Source of the DNA: Sphingomonadaceae bacterium
GTDB taxonomy: Bacteria; Pseudomonadota; Alphaproteobacteria; Sphingomonadales; Sphingomonadaceae
Direction of reading: 5' to 3'
Length of the DNA stretch: 64,000 nucleotides
NCBI GenBank assembly: GCA_021300355.1
Contig: JAJTEF010000001.1
Coordinates: 2,408 to 66,407 of the forward strand
Part shown: piece after piece, positions 18,259 through 27,652 of the stretch
How the letters are laid out: each line of letters opens with the position of its first letter
How positions within the stretch are numbered: the first letter of the stretch is position 1
Program-made: the position numbers and the translations under genes
The notes under the pieces: generated by a model
Seen by the model: the letters and a program-made list of their open reading frames with translations, nothing else
Database searches by the model: none
Told to the model about the DNA's origin: nothing

Positions 18259-18346
18259 TCCGCGGACCGAAAGCTTTTTCTGGAAATGCACGAAAACTTC
18301 GCGCATGAGGGTGGCTCTGTAATCAACTAACCGGAAACGGGAGCCA

Positions 18347-19558
18347 ATGTCCGAAGAATTCTACCGCATCAAGCGTCTGCCGCCTTATGTTATCGCTGAA
18401 GTTAATGCGATGCGTGCGGCGGCCCGTGGTGCGGGAGAGGACATTATCGATCTGGGCATGGGCAATCCGGATTTGCCCCCGCCGCCGCATGTCATCGAAA
18501 AACTATGCGAAGTCGCGCAAAAGCCCGATGCCCATGGCTATTCGGCGTCCAGAGGTATTCCCGGCCTCCGTAAGGCGCAGGCCAATTATTACGCACGCCG
18601 CTTTGGGGTTGATGTTGATCCCGAAACCGAGGTCGTGGTTACGATGGGTTCGAAAGAGGGCCTTGCGAGCCTCGCAACCGCCATCACCGCGCCGGGTGAC
18701 GTCGTATTGGCGCCAAACCCGAGCTACCCGATCCACACGTTCGGGTTCATCATTGCGGGCGCGACCATTCGGTCCGTACCCACGACGCCCGATGAAAATT
18801 ATTTCCGGTCGCTGGAGCGCGCCATGGCGTTCACCGTCCCGCGGCCGTCGATATTGGTGGTCAACTATCCGTCGAACCCCACTGCAGAAACCGTTGATCT
18901 GGCGTTTTACGAGCGATTGGTTGCATGGGCGAAAGAGAACAAGGTCTGGATATTGTCCGATCTTGCCTATTCGGAACTCTATTTTGACGGCAACCCGACC
19001 CCGTCCATACTGCAGGTGAAGGGCGGCAAGGATGTGGCCGTTGAATTCACGTCATTGTCCAAAACCTATTCGATGGCAGGATGGCGTATCGGTTTTGCCG
19101 TGGGCAACCGCGAATTGATTGCTGCAATGACGCGCGTTAAAAGCTACCTCGATTATGGCGCATTTACGCCTATTCAGGCGGCGGCGTGCGCGGCATTAAA
19201 TGGCCCGCAAGACATCGTTGAACAAAATCGCCAGCTCTATCACAAGCGCCGCGATATCCTTGTCGAGGCATTTGGCCGTGCTGGATGGGATATTCCTCCA
19301 CCGAAGGCGTCGATGTTCGCATGGGCACCATTGCCACCAGCGCTTGCGCATTTGGGGAGCCTTGAGTTTTCCAAACAGTTGCTGACCGAAGCAAAGGTCG
19401 CGGTCGCGCCGGGCGTGGGATATGGCGAAGACGGCGAAGGCTATGTCCGCATCGCTATGGTTGAAAACGAGCATCGCCTGCGTCAGGCCGCACGTAACGT
19501 GAAGCGTTATCTGCAATCGATGGGGGTCAACACCCTTGGCCAGTCAAAGGCAATCTGA
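18347..19558 (+). CDS. Class I/II PLP-dependent aminotransferase (AlaC/AspC-like)
   Basis: GMGNPDLPPP N-terminal motif, a PLP-lysine motif (SLSKTYSMAGWRIGF) and 403 aa. Confidence 0.9.
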   Translation: MSEEFYRIKRLPPYVIAEVNAMRAAARGAGEDIIDLGMGNPDLPPPPHVIEKLCEVAQKPDAHGYSASRGIPGLRKAQANYYARRFGVDVDPETEVVVTMGSKEGLASLATAITAPGDVVLAPNPSYPIHTFGFIIAGATIRSVPTTPDENYFRSLERAMAFTVPRPSILVVNYPSNPTAETVDLAFYERLVAWAKENKVWILSDLAYSELYFDGNPTPSILQVKGGKDVAVEFTSLSKTYSMAGWRIGFAVGNRELIAAMTRVKSYLDYGAFTPIQAAACAALNGPQDIVEQNRQLYHKRRDILVEAFGRAGWDIPPPKASMFAWAPLPPALAHLGSLEFSKQLLTEAKVAVAPGVGYGEDGEGYVRIAMVENEHRLRQAARNVKRYLQSMGVNTLGQSKAI

Positions 19559-19559
19559 C

Positions 19560-20024
19560 ATGGCGCGGAGCGAGTTTGCTTTCCATCACCGTTTCCGCGT
19601 GCGCTGGTCAGAGACCGATGCACAAGGCGTCGTCTTTAACGCGCGCTATCTGGATTATGCCGACGTCGCGGTCACCGAATATTGGCGTGAAGCGAAATTT
19701 CGCGATTATGCCGATGGTGCGCCGTTGGAGTTTCATGTCAAAAAGGCGACCGTGACATGGTTTGCGCCGATTAAGCCGGACGAGCTTATTGAGGTTATGG
19801 CGCGCACGGTTGCGACGGGACGGACCAGCATGACTCAAATCGTCGAAATTCACGGCATTACCGAAGATGGTTCAGACGATTTGCGCGCAACAGTTGATCT
19901 TGTCAGCGTGCATGTGGACCTTGATACGCATCGCCCGATTCCCTTGCCACATTGGGTGAAGGATGTTTTCCTGAACTTCGATCAACAGGCTGCGACCCCT
20001 GCGGCTGTAATGGCCGACGCGTAA
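19560..20024 (+). CDS. Acyl-CoA thioesterase, 4HBT/YbgC-like hotdog fold
   Basis: HHRFRVRWSETDAQGVVFNARYLDY is the typical YbgC/4HBT N-terminus with the catalytic Asp. The ATG at 19560 lies 1 nt after the upstream stop. Confidence 0.8.
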   Translation: MARSEFAFHHRFRVRWSETDAQGVVFNARYLDYADVAVTEYWREAKFRDYADGAPLEFHVKKATVTWFAPIKPDELIEVMARTVATGRTSMTQIVEIHGITEDGSDDLRATVDLVSVHVDLDTHRPIPLPHWVKDVFLNFDQQAATPAAVMADA

Positions 20025-20030
20025 GACGGT

Positions 20031-20780
20031 TTGAGGATGCGCACGAACGCCCGTTTGAGCTTTCTGGCCATCATCGCGGTTCCACTGCTATTTGTGAGCG
20101 GCTGCTCGCCAGCGGGCACCGCAGACGAACGAAGCGAGAGTGCAGAGGCATTCCCGCGCGCCGAACGTGTGGTGTCCACCGCGGGCGATACCGAATTTTC
20201 GACTGAGGCAGCGCGCGATGAAGCGGGTGAGGCCGAATTTGTGATGGATTGGGCCGGGATCCAGCTTGGGACCACGGTGGCGGATATCGGCGCAGGCGAA
20301 GGCTATTACACCATCCGCCTTGCGGACCGCGTTGGACCAAAAGGGCGTGTGCTTGCGCAGGATATCAATCGGGATGCGCTTGATCGACTTGGCGCCCGTG
20401 TCACACGCGAACAGCTCGATAATGTTGCCATCAAGGAAGGCGCTCTGGATGATCCCCGGTTGCCAGAAAACAGCTTTGACCGGGTTTTCATGGTGCATAT
20501 GTATCATGAAATAAGCGAGCCGTATGCGTTTCTATGGCGCATGCGGCCCGCGCTCGCCAAGGGCGGACAGGTCATTGTGGTAGACCGCGATCGCCCTACC
20601 GCCCAGCACGGTATTCCGCCAAAGCTGCTGTTCTGCGAATTTGATGCCGTGGGCTATCGTTTGACCGGCTTTACCGAACAATTGAAACTGGGTGGATATA
20701 TCGCCCGCTTTGAAGTCAGCGGGAAGCGGCCTGAGCCTTCAAAAATCAAGACATGCGCTGCACGTTATCCGCAAAATTAG
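20031..20780 (+). CDS. Class I SAM-dependent methyltransferase-fold protein with lipoprotein signal peptide
   Basis: Lipobox LFVSGC after a hydrophobic h-region. SAM-binding motif I (VADIGAGEGYYTIRLA) and an acidic motif II (VLAQDI). Confidence 0.8.
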   Translation: MRMRTNARLSFLAIIAVPLLFVSGCSPAGTADERSESAEAFPRAERVVSTAGDTEFSTEAARDEAGEAEFVMDWAGIQLGTTVADIGAGEGYYTIRLADRVGPKGRVLAQDINRDALDRLGARVTREQLDNVAIKEGALDDPRLPENSFDRVFMVHMYHEISEPYAFLWRMRPALAKGGQVIVVDRDRPTAQHGIPPKLLFCEFDAVGYRLTGFTEQLKLGGYIARFEVSGKRPEPSKIKTCAARYPQN

Positions 20781-20799
20781 GCTGAATATTTCGGCGCGC

Positions 20800-21336
20800 T
20801 TAGTCGCCGTCAAAACCGATTAGCGACGCGACCCGTACGCCGTTGGCGCGCAACTTGGCTGCGCCGCCAAGGTCCGGCAGGTCAACGATGAATAAGGCTT
20901 GTTCAACCCTGCCGCCGCCTTGCTGGATTAAGTCAACGCCAGCCAGGGCCGTACCGCCCGTGGCAATCAAATCGTCAACCAACAGCACTTTTTGGTTCGG
21001 CTGCACATGGCCGACATGCATTTCAATGCGGTCGGTGCCATATTCGAGCGTGTAATCCGTGCCGATTTTCTCGCCGGGCAGTTTACCGGGCTTACGCAGC
21101 ATCAATTGGCCAAGGCCCAGCACATATGCCAGAGCAGACGCCACGATAAAGCCACGTGCCTCAATGCCAGCGACAAGCTGCGTATCCGAGTCCACCAGCG
21201 CCGCTAACCGGTCGATGGTCATGCGATAGCCGTTTGCGTCGAGTAGCAGGCTGGAGACGTCACGGAACATGATACCCGGTTTGGGATAATCCGGAATGTT
21301 GCGAATCAGGGCGGCGAGGTCGGCGTTGCTATTCAT
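20800..21336 (-). CDS. apt: Adenine phosphoribosyltransferase
   Basis: IPDYPKPGIMFRD and PRPP-binding VLLVDDLIATGGT motifs. 178 aa. Confidence 0.95.
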   Translation of the reverse strand: MNSNADLAALIRNIPDYPKPGIMFRDVSSLLLDANGYRMTIDRLAALVDSDTQLVAGIEARGFIVASALAYVLGLGQLMLRKPGKLPGEKIGTDYTLEYGTDRIEMHVGHVQPNQKVLLVDDLIATGGTALAGVDLIQQGGGRVEQALFIVDLPDLGGAAKLRANGVRVASLIGFDGD

Positions 21337-21421
21337 GCGCCATGACTGCCCGCAACCTGCAGACTTTTCAAAAGAAAAGGGCCGGAATATTTGTGTTTAT
21401 TGATGCCGAACGCGCGGCAAT

Positions 21422-21453
21422 AAAAAAGGGGCAGCCTATCGCTAGGCCGCCCC
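21422..21453 (-). terminator. Rho-independent terminator after rplL
   Basis: On the minus strand, GGGGCGGCCTA-GCGA-TAGGCTGCCCC (11-bp stem with one G-U) is followed by TTTTTT. It sits 28 nt downstream of the rplL stop. Confidence 0.7.
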
Positions 21454-21480
21454 ATTTTATATCCCGTAAGGGAAACCGAA

Positions 21481-21852
21481 TTACTTCAGTTCGACGGTTC
21501 CGCCGGCTGCAAGGATCTTCGCCTTGATGTCTTCGGCTTCTGCCTTGTTTACGCCTTCCTTGATCGCCTTTGGCGCGGACTCAACAAGAGCCTTTGCTTC
21601 GGTCAGACCAAGGTTGGTGATCGCACGGACTTCCTTGATGACTGCAATCTTGTTGCCGCCGTCGCCGGTCAAGATAACGTCAAATTCAGTCTGCTCTTCA
21701 GCAGCTGGTGCAGCAGCGGCAGCAGGGCCAGCAACAGCAACAGCAGCAGCGGCGCTAACGCCCCACTTTTCTTCCAAAGCCTTAGCAAGTTCAGCCGCTT
21801 CGAGAACGGTCAATGCCGAAAGTTGGTCTACGAGCTTTTCAATATCAGCCAT
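21481..21852 (-). CDS. rplL: 50S ribosomal protein L7/L12
   Basis: [33 protein letters not shown], an Ala-rich hinge and a conserved C-terminal domain. Confidence 0.97.
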   Translation of the reverse strand: MADIEKLVDQLSALTVLEAAELAKALEEKWGVSAAAAVAVAGPAAAAAPAAEEQTEFDVILTGDGGNKIAVIKEVRAITNLGLTEAKALVESAPKAIKEGVNKAEAEDIKAKILAAGGTVELK

Positions 21853-21940
21853 TTAAATAACACTCCGATTTTCTGTCATATCTGTAGGGCCCGCCCAGCC
21901 GGTTAAAACCATGGGACGCAGCCGGTTAAATTCAAAAAAG

Positions 21941-22456
21941 TTATGCTGCCTTTTGGTCAGCATAGGCACCAAAAACGCGTGCCAATTTCGCAGCAGGTGC
22001 GGTCGACAGCTGTGCAAGCTTCGTTGCCGGTGCTTGGATAAGCCCGATAAGCGTGCCGCGCAGTTCGTCGAGCGATGGCAACGAAGCCAGCGCCTTTACA
22101 CCGTTTACATCAAGGAACGTGTCACCCATCGCGCCGCCGACAATTTCAAGTTTGTCATTGGTCTTTGCGAACTCGACAGCAATCTTTGCAGCTGCAACCG
22201 GGTCCGACGATGTGGCGAGCGCTGTAGGGCCGGTAAGCAATTCAGCTACCGATCCATATTGCGTTCCTTCAAGAGCGATTTTGGCAAGACGGTTCTTGGC
22301 AACCTTATAGCTTGCACCAGCATCCCGCATCTTCAAACGAAGGTCGGTCGATTGTGCAACCGTCAGCCCGAGATTACGGGTGACGACGACAACCGCCGCT
22401 TCATTGAAAGTGGCGTTCAGCGATGCAACTGTTTCGGTCTTTTCAGAACGGTTCAT
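21941..22456 (-). CDS. rplJ: 50S ribosomal protein L10
   Basis: [40 protein letters not shown] is a typical L10 N-terminus. The gene lies directly upstream of rplL. Confidence 0.97.
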   Translation of the reverse strand: MNRSEKTETVASLNATFNEAAVVVVTRNLGLTVAQSTDLRLKMRDAGASYKVAKNRLAKIALEGTQYGSVAELLTGPTALATSSDPVAAAKIAVEFAKTNDKLEIVGGAMGDTFLDVNGVKALASLPSLDELRGTLIGLIQAPATKLAQLSTAPAAKLARVFGAYADQKAA

Positions 22457-22640
22457 GCATTACTCCTTTTTCAGACTTCGCCGGCGAACCGACAAAATCC
22501 AACACGAAAAGCGAAACACCCGGCTAGGCGATCCGCTGACTTCAGTCCGTGGGGAAGTTTCATGCCGAACTCACACGATCTAAAATCGGGAGCGGTGGCG
22601 AAGGATGGCAAAAGCCAGTCCTGAAATCTCTATCCCCGTC
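22457..22640 (-). promoter_or_regulatory. rplJ 5' leader (possible L10 autoregulatory leader)
   Basis: A long untranslated stretch precedes rplJ. L10(L12)4-binding leaders are established upstream of rplJ in many bacteria. I did not verify a fold, and the extent is approximate. Confidence 0.3.
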
Positions 22641-22814
22641 TAGGCTGGAAATTAAGAACGGCAAATTCCGTTCACCAACTGTCTCGGACGGTTGCCGGTG
22701 GAGCCGTCGCCCCACCGAACGAGGCGGGCATTAGCAGGGTTGGACGCAGAGTCAAGGGCGGCCGCCCCTTTGATCGCTGTCCACCGCGACAGAGTTTCAA
22801 AATCCTATGAAAGT

Positions 22815-22861
22815 CTGGACAATTTATCTTACTGGACAATCCTTGCTTCGCTGACTTAATC
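22815..22861 (+). promoter_or_regulatory. Direct repeat CTGGACAAT x2 and a promoter candidate upstream of the SnoaL-GNAT-CN-hydrolase operon
   Basis: CTGGACAAT occurs at 22815..22823 and 22832..22840, a 17-bp period. The second copy supplies TGGACA, and TTAATC follows 17 nt later (22856..22861). The ATG is at 22899. Confidence 0.3.
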
Positions 22862-22898
22862 GAAATGCAATTCATCAGGTTAAAGGAAACAATGATAC

Positions 22899-23312
22899 AT
22901 GGCCGACACGCGTGAAAAAACGGCTGCGCTGATTGGCGCATATTATGCTGCATTCAATGCCATGGATGTTGAAGCTATCGTGGCATGTCTGGATGAAGAT
23001 GTGGCACATGATATCAATCAAGGAGACCGCGAAACCGGCAAGGTCGCGTTTCGCGCCTTTCTTGGCCGCATGGACCATGCCTATAGTGAACAGCTGCGTG
23101 ACATTGTCATAATGACCAGCGAAGATGGCAGGCGCGCGGCGGCGGAATTCATCGTCGACGGCATTTACAAGGTGGCGGATGAAGGCTTTCCTGCAGCGCA
23201 TGGCCAGAGTTACAGCTTGCCAGCGGGCGGTTTTTTTGAGGTCGCAGACGGAAAAATCACACGCGTCTCGGTCTATTATAATCTTGCCGACTGGATTGCC
23301 CAAGTTTCATGA
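22899..23312 (+). CDS. SnoaL/NTF2-like (ketosteroid isomerase-related) protein
   Basis: 137 aa. YYAAFNAMDVEAIVACLDEDV is a typical SnoaL-like N-terminus. The stop overlaps the next start (ATGA). Confidence 0.75.
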   Translation: MADTREKTAALIGAYYAAFNAMDVEAIVACLDEDVAHDINQGDRETGKVAFRAFLGRMDHAYSEQLRDIVIMTSEDGRRAAAEFIVDGIYKVADEGFPAAHGQSYSLPAGGFFEVADGKITRVSVYYNLADWIAQVS

Positions 23313-23899
23313 CTGTAGACGTCCGTTCCTTGACGGATCCCGAGGAGCGCTGGGCCGCCATTCCGGCGCTGTCTGATCTGCGGATCCGGGTTTTTCGCAG
23401 CTGGCCCTATCTGTATGACGGCAGTGCAGAGTATGAAGCCGCTTATATAGCCGAATTTGTCCGCGAACCGGGTTCGGTGCTTGTCGTCGCCCGGGACGGG
23501 GACGTAATCATCGGCGCGGCTACGGCGTCTCCATTGGAAGGACAGAAGCCGGACATCCAGAATCCCTTCTGTGACCAAGGACTGGATATTGCGCAGATAT
23601 TCTATTTCGGGGAATCGGTTCTGTTGCCGCAATATCAGGGGCAAGGCATTGGACACCAGTTTTTTGATGCGCGTGAAGACGCAGCGCGCGCCGCAGGGGC
23701 ACGGCAAACCGCCTTTTGCGCGGTGGTCCGCTCTGACGATCATCCGATGCGGCCCGAAACGCCACGCGATTTGCATCCATTCTGGCGTGCCCGCGGCTAT
23801 GCCCCGGTGCCCGGTTTGACCGGAACGCTCGAATGGCAGGATCTGGGTGATGATTTCGAAAGCGCGCATGCCATGCAATTCTGGATGCGCGACCTGTGA
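23309..23899 (+). CDS. GNAT family N-acetyltransferase
   Basis: Acetyl-CoA motif A-like QYQGQGIGHQFF, 196 aa. The stop overlaps the next start (GTGA). Confidence 0.75.
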   Translation: MTVDVRSLTDPEERWAAIPALSDLRIRVFRSWPYLYDGSAEYEAAYIAEFVREPGSVLVVARDGDVIIGAATASPLEGQKPDIQNPFCDQGLDIAQIFYFGESVLLPQYQGQGIGHQFFDAREDAARAAGARQTAFCAVVRSDDHPMRPETPRDLHPFWRARGYAPVPGLTGTLEWQDLGDDFESAHAMQFWMRDL

Positions 23900-24801
23900 C
23901 CGCGTCGGTCCGTATAGCGGCAGCCCAATATCCCATCGGGGAACCCGATAGCTTCGCCAGTTGGCAAGCGAAAGTCGGGCAGTGGGTGGGCGATGCCGCG
24001 GCACAAGGCGCACAGCTTTTGGTGTTTCCCGAATATGCGGCGATGGAATTGGCCGCAATCGACAAAGCGACGGCGAGCGATCTGCATGCCTCGTTGCGGG
24101 CCGTGGTTGCTTTGGGGCCAAGAATTGACGCCCATTATGCGGATCTTGCCCGGCAATTTGGGGTCGCCGTGCTCGGCGGAACCCGACCCTTTGGCGATGA
24201 GTCTGGGCCGATTGTAAACAGGGCGACGCTGTATATGCCGGACGGGCAAACGGCCTATCAGGACAAGATTATGATGACCCGGTTCGAACGTGAATCCTGG
24301 GACATTAAAGGCGGAAAAACCCTGCGAGTTTTTCGGACATCTTTGGGAATGCTGGGCATTTCTACCTGCTATGATATCGAATTCCCGATGATCGCGCGGG
24401 CGCAGGCACAAGCTGGCGCACAGGCCATTCTCTGCCCGTCGTGCACCGACAGTTTGCAAGGCTATTACCGCGTTCGGATTGGGGCACAGGCGCGGGCATT
24501 GGAAAACCAAATTTTTGTGGCGCAGGCACCGACCGTTGGCATGGCGCCGTGGTCGCCGGCGCTGGACGAAAATTATGGCGCGGCAGGGCTGTTCGTTCCG
24601 CCTGATGGGGATAGTCCCGACGACGGCGTTGTGGCGATAGGGACCGAAGGGCAGGGGGCGTGGGTCATGGCAGACGCTGATCTGGCGCGCGTGAACCGCT
24701 GGCGCACCGAAGGGGCCGTGCGTCCCTTTGCGCATTGGCCCGAACAATATTGCGGCGCAATTGCCAGCGACCTGCCGGTAGAAGTTGTGCCGCTGGATTA
24801 A
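23896..24801 (+). CDS. Carbon-nitrogen hydrolase (nitrilase superfamily) protein
   Basis: Glu motif (LLVFPEY), Lys region and Cys motif (STCYDIEFP), matching the CN-hydrolase E-K-C triad pattern. Confidence 0.85.
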   Translation: MTASVRIAAAQYPIGEPDSFASWQAKVGQWVGDAAAQGAQLLVFPEYAAMELAAIDKATASDLHASLRAVVALGPRIDAHYADLARQFGVAVLGGTRPFGDESGPIVNRATLYMPDGQTAYQDKIMMTRFERESWDIKGGKTLRVFRTSLGMLGISTCYDIEFPMIARAQAQAGAQAILCPSCTDSLQGYYRVRIGAQARALENQIFVAQAPTVGMAPWSPALDENYGAAGLFVPPDGDSPDDGVVAIGTEGQGAWVMADADLARVNRWRTEGAVRPFAHWPEQYCGAIASDLPVEVVPLD

Positions 24802-24840
24802 CTGTTCGCAAAAACGGGCGGAGCGGTTAGGGGGACTTCC

Positions 24841-25740
24841 ATGCCACAAAATGCCGCCTTACCACGCCTGCACCTTCTCCTCGCGATCGCCGTGATGGCG
24901 GTGTGGGGAACGAATTTTGTCGTCATCAAATTGGCGTTGGCCCATTTGCCGCCTTTGTGGCTTGCGACGCTGCGTTTTACGTGCGCATTTCTGCCAGCGG
25001 CATTTTTCCTAAAACGCCCTGCGGTGCCTTTGTCCAATCTGGCGACTTACGGCATATTGATCGGGGCGGGGCAGTTCGGCCTGCTGTTTTTGGCGATGAA
25101 AGGCGATATTACTCCCGGCCTCGCCTCACTGGTTGTTCAGATCCAGGTCTTCTTTACCATTGCCCTATCCAAGCGGCTGACGGGGGAGAGGGTGCGCACA
25201 TTCCAATGGGCTGCACTTGTGTTAGCGACAAGCGGGCTGGCCGTCATTCTGACCCATTCGGACGGCAGCGCGACGCCATTGGGATTGATGCTCGTCGTAA
25301 CCGCGGCGTTTTGCTGGTCGAGTGGCAATATGGTCTCGCGCGCCGCGGGTAAGGTCGACATGCTTGCGTATGTGGTCTGGGCCAGCATCTTTGCCGTGCC
25401 GCCACTGTTCACCCTCGCCTTGTTATTTGAAGGCCCGTCGGCCTTGATTGCGGGCGTGCACGCAGCAACAGCGACGACCTGGGCGGCGGTGGTCTGGCAA
25501 GCGGTTGGCAACACCATGTTCGGCTATGGGATTTGGGGATGGCTTCTGGCGCGGCATCCTGCGGCAACCGTTGCGCCTATGGCGTTGCTGGTGCCGATAT
25601 TCGGGATGGGGGCGTCGGCATTGTTCTTAAACGAGCCATTACAGAGCTGGAAATTGCTGGCCGCCGCGCTGGTCATGGGCGGGTTGGCGTTAAGCCTTTT
25701 ATGGCCGAGATTTTTTCAACCTATTTCGAAAATCGAATAG
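24841..25740 (+). CDS. EamA/DMT family transporter
   Basis: About 10 predicted TM segments in two EamA-like halves. 299 aa. Confidence 0.85.
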   Translation: MPQNAALPRLHLLLAIAVMAVWGTNFVVIKLALAHLPPLWLATLRFTCAFLPAAFFLKRPAVPLSNLATYGILIGAGQFGLLFLAMKGDITPGLASLVVQIQVFFTIALSKRLTGERVRTFQWAALVLATSGLAVILTHSDGSATPLGLMLVVTAAFCWSSGNMVSRAAGKVDMLAYVVWASIFAVPPLFTLALLFEGPSALIAGVHAATATTWAAVVWQAVGNTMFGYGIWGWLLARHPAATVAPMALLVPIFGMGASALFLNEPLQSWKLLAAALVMGGLALSLLWPRFFQPISKIE

Positions 25741-26180
25741 ACCGGACCCGGGGCGGTTTGTTCGCCGGTGCCGACGGCGATGACATTGTTAAGCCAGCTA
25801 TAGCGGCTATCACCACATTCGAATTTTGCGACGGCTGCCAGTGAATATTCTTGGGGCTCCAGCAATGCGCCTTTGCGGAACCGAGACATTGCTTCGGCTT
25901 CGGCCAGAAAACGGCCTTGATAATTGAGGTAAACCAAAGCCCCGTCGTCGGTTTGCAGCGTCAGGCGGACGTCGATTACCATCACGCCATCTTCACGGTT
26001 GACGACCCAATCATTTCCGCCCGGCAGCACCGTGCCGTTCAGCCGCTCGCCAGCAAAATGGCCGCCGGTGACGGGGGCAATGCGGCGCAGACCGGCGGGG
26101 GTTTGACCAATGCTGATCATCCCTGCAAAATCAACGGTCAGCGTCATGGTAATGAGGTGGTGGTGCGGTAAATTGTTCAT
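25716..26180 (-). CDS. DUF3237-like beta-barrel protein
   Basis: The sequence (PAGLRRIAPVTGGHFAGERLNGTVLPGGNDW...) resembles the DUF3237 family. Start chosen at ATG 26180. The 3' end overlaps the EamA 3' end by 25 nt, convergently. Confidence 0.7.
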   Translation of the reverse strand: MNNLPHHHLITMTLTVDFAGMISIGQTPAGLRRIAPVTGGHFAGERLNGTVLPGGNDWVVNREDGVMVIDVRLTLQTDDGALVYLNYQGRFLAEAEAMSRFRKGALLEPQEYSLAAVAKFECGDSRYSWLNNVIAVGTGEQTAPGPVYSIFEIG

Positions 26181-26235
26181 TGCACAGTTGCTACCATGAC
26201 GGCAGGATGGCGCAAGAGTTATCAGGGAGAGAGTT

Positions 26236-27597
26236 TTGGACAACATAATTGCGCGCCGTCCGGGCCCATCGGTTCAGGAAGTGTTCGACGGCGATCGTAA
26301 TCCAGCGCCTGCGGTCATGCGCGTGGAATCACCCGCCATTGGGCAAAGCAGTGATGATGTTTCTATTGCGCGTTACTTCGCCAAAGACTGGCATGATCGC
26401 GAAGTCGAGCAGGTTTGGCGCAAGACATGGCAACTGGCGTGCAGGCTGGAGCATATCCCGAATATTGGCGACCATGTGGTCTACGACATCGTGCATGACT
26501 CGCTCATCGTCGTGCGTACAGGCCCGGACGAGATCAAAGCCTATATCAATTCGTGCCTGCATCGCGGCACGATGCTCCGCACCGAAGGCGGGTGCGTTAA
26601 GCAGTTTCGTTGCCCCTTCCACGGCTGGACTTGGAAGCTGGATGGCGCATTATCTGTCATTCCCGGCCAATGGGATTTCCCGCATGTTGATAAGAACAAG
26701 ATGAACCTTCCCGAAGCGCGCGTTGGCACATGGGGCGGCTTTGTTTTCATTAATTTTGATGCTGATGCCGAACCACTTGAAACCTATCTCGAAAATCTGC
26801 CCGAGCATTTTGCGTCCTTCAATCTGGAAGACCGCTATGTCGCGGCGCATGTTGCCAAGATTATGCCATGCAACTGGAAACTGGCGATGGAGGCTTTTGT
26901 CGAGGCATATCATGTGCCGTTCGCGCATGGACAGGTGCTAAGCTATTATGGGGACAGCAACACCCAATATGATGTTTGGCCCGGTGTACGCCATGTCAGC
27001 CGGATGATCAGCGTTCAAGGCGTCGCCAGCCCATCGAAGCCCGCAACGACAGCTGAACAAACCATAGAGGAAATGCGCCGCGACGTGCCCTTTTTTGCAG
27101 GCAAGCCCATTGAAGTGGGCGAGGGTGAAACGGCGCGGGGCAAGCTGGCCGAACGCGCGCGGGAGAAGATTTCGCGCTCGATTGGGCGCGACATGTCCGC
27201 CCTATCGGACTCAGAATCGCTCGACCTGATCGAATATATGCTTTTTCCCAATATGGTTCCGTGGGGCGGGCAGGCGTTGCCCATCACCTACCGCTTTCGC
27301 CCGAATGGCGACGATCCCGAAAGCTCGATCATGGAAATCATGTTCCTGTTTTCCAAAGCACCCGACGGATCGCATCCGGAACCAGCAAAAATGACGATGC
27401 TGGGGTTGGATCAGAAATGGGCGGACGCACCGGAGCTTGGTTCGGCCGCAATGGTTGCTGATCAGGACACCGACAATCTGAAGCGGATCCAAAAAGGTCT
27501 GCGCGCGTCGAAGAAGCCGGGTGTGACATTGGCGCGCTATCAGGAAAGCCGCATTCGCCATTACCACGAAACGCTGGATGCATATATGGCGCGGTAG
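26236..27597 (+). CDS. Rieske [2Fe-2S] aromatic-ring-hydroxylating oxygenase alpha subunit
   Basis: Rieske motif CLHRGTML...CPFHGW and a mononuclear-iron region (EAYHVPFAHG). A TTG start is preceded by the GGGAGAG SD. No reductase or ferredoxin gene is adjacent. Confidence 0.85.
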   Translation: MDNIIARRPGPSVQEVFDGDRNPAPAVMRVESPAIGQSSDDVSIARYFAKDWHDREVEQVWRKTWQLACRLEHIPNIGDHVVYDIVHDSLIVVRTGPDEIKAYINSCLHRGTMLRTEGGCVKQFRCPFHGWTWKLDGALSVIPGQWDFPHVDKNKMNLPEARVGTWGGFVFINFDADAEPLETYLENLPEHFASFNLEDRYVAAHVAKIMPCNWKLAMEAFVEAYHVPFAHGQVLSYYGDSNTQYDVWPGVRHVSRMISVQGVASPSKPATTAEQTIEEMRRDVPFFAGKPIEVGEGETARGKLAERAREKISRSIGRDMSALSDSESLDLIEYMLFPNMVPWGGQALPITYRFRPNGDDPESSIMEIMFLFSKAPDGSHPEPAKMTMLGLDQKWADAPELGSAAMVADQDTDNLKRIQKGLRASKKPGVTLARYQESRIRHYHETLDAYMAR

Positions 27598-27652
27598 CGC
27601 ATTTGAACAAACAGATGTGTTCCGCTAATGGCTCAGCCTTGGGGGAGCATTC

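Noticed and set aside
22756-22767. A perfect GC palindrome GGGCGGCCGCCC (contains a NotI site) upstream of rplJ, considered as a terminator.
   Set aside because: As a hairpin it would have essentially no loop, and it is not followed by a U-tract on either strand. It is more likely a chance GC palindrome or part of the rplJ promoter/leader.
23276-24849. Long minus-strand ORFs (23276..24121, 281 aa; 23797..24849, 350 aa) opposite the GNAT and CN-hydrolase genes.
   Set aside because: They are Arg/Pro/Gly/Ala-rich shadow frames of well-supported + strand genes with recognisable catalytic motifs. They have no recognisable domains of their own, which is typical of moderately GC-rich DNA.
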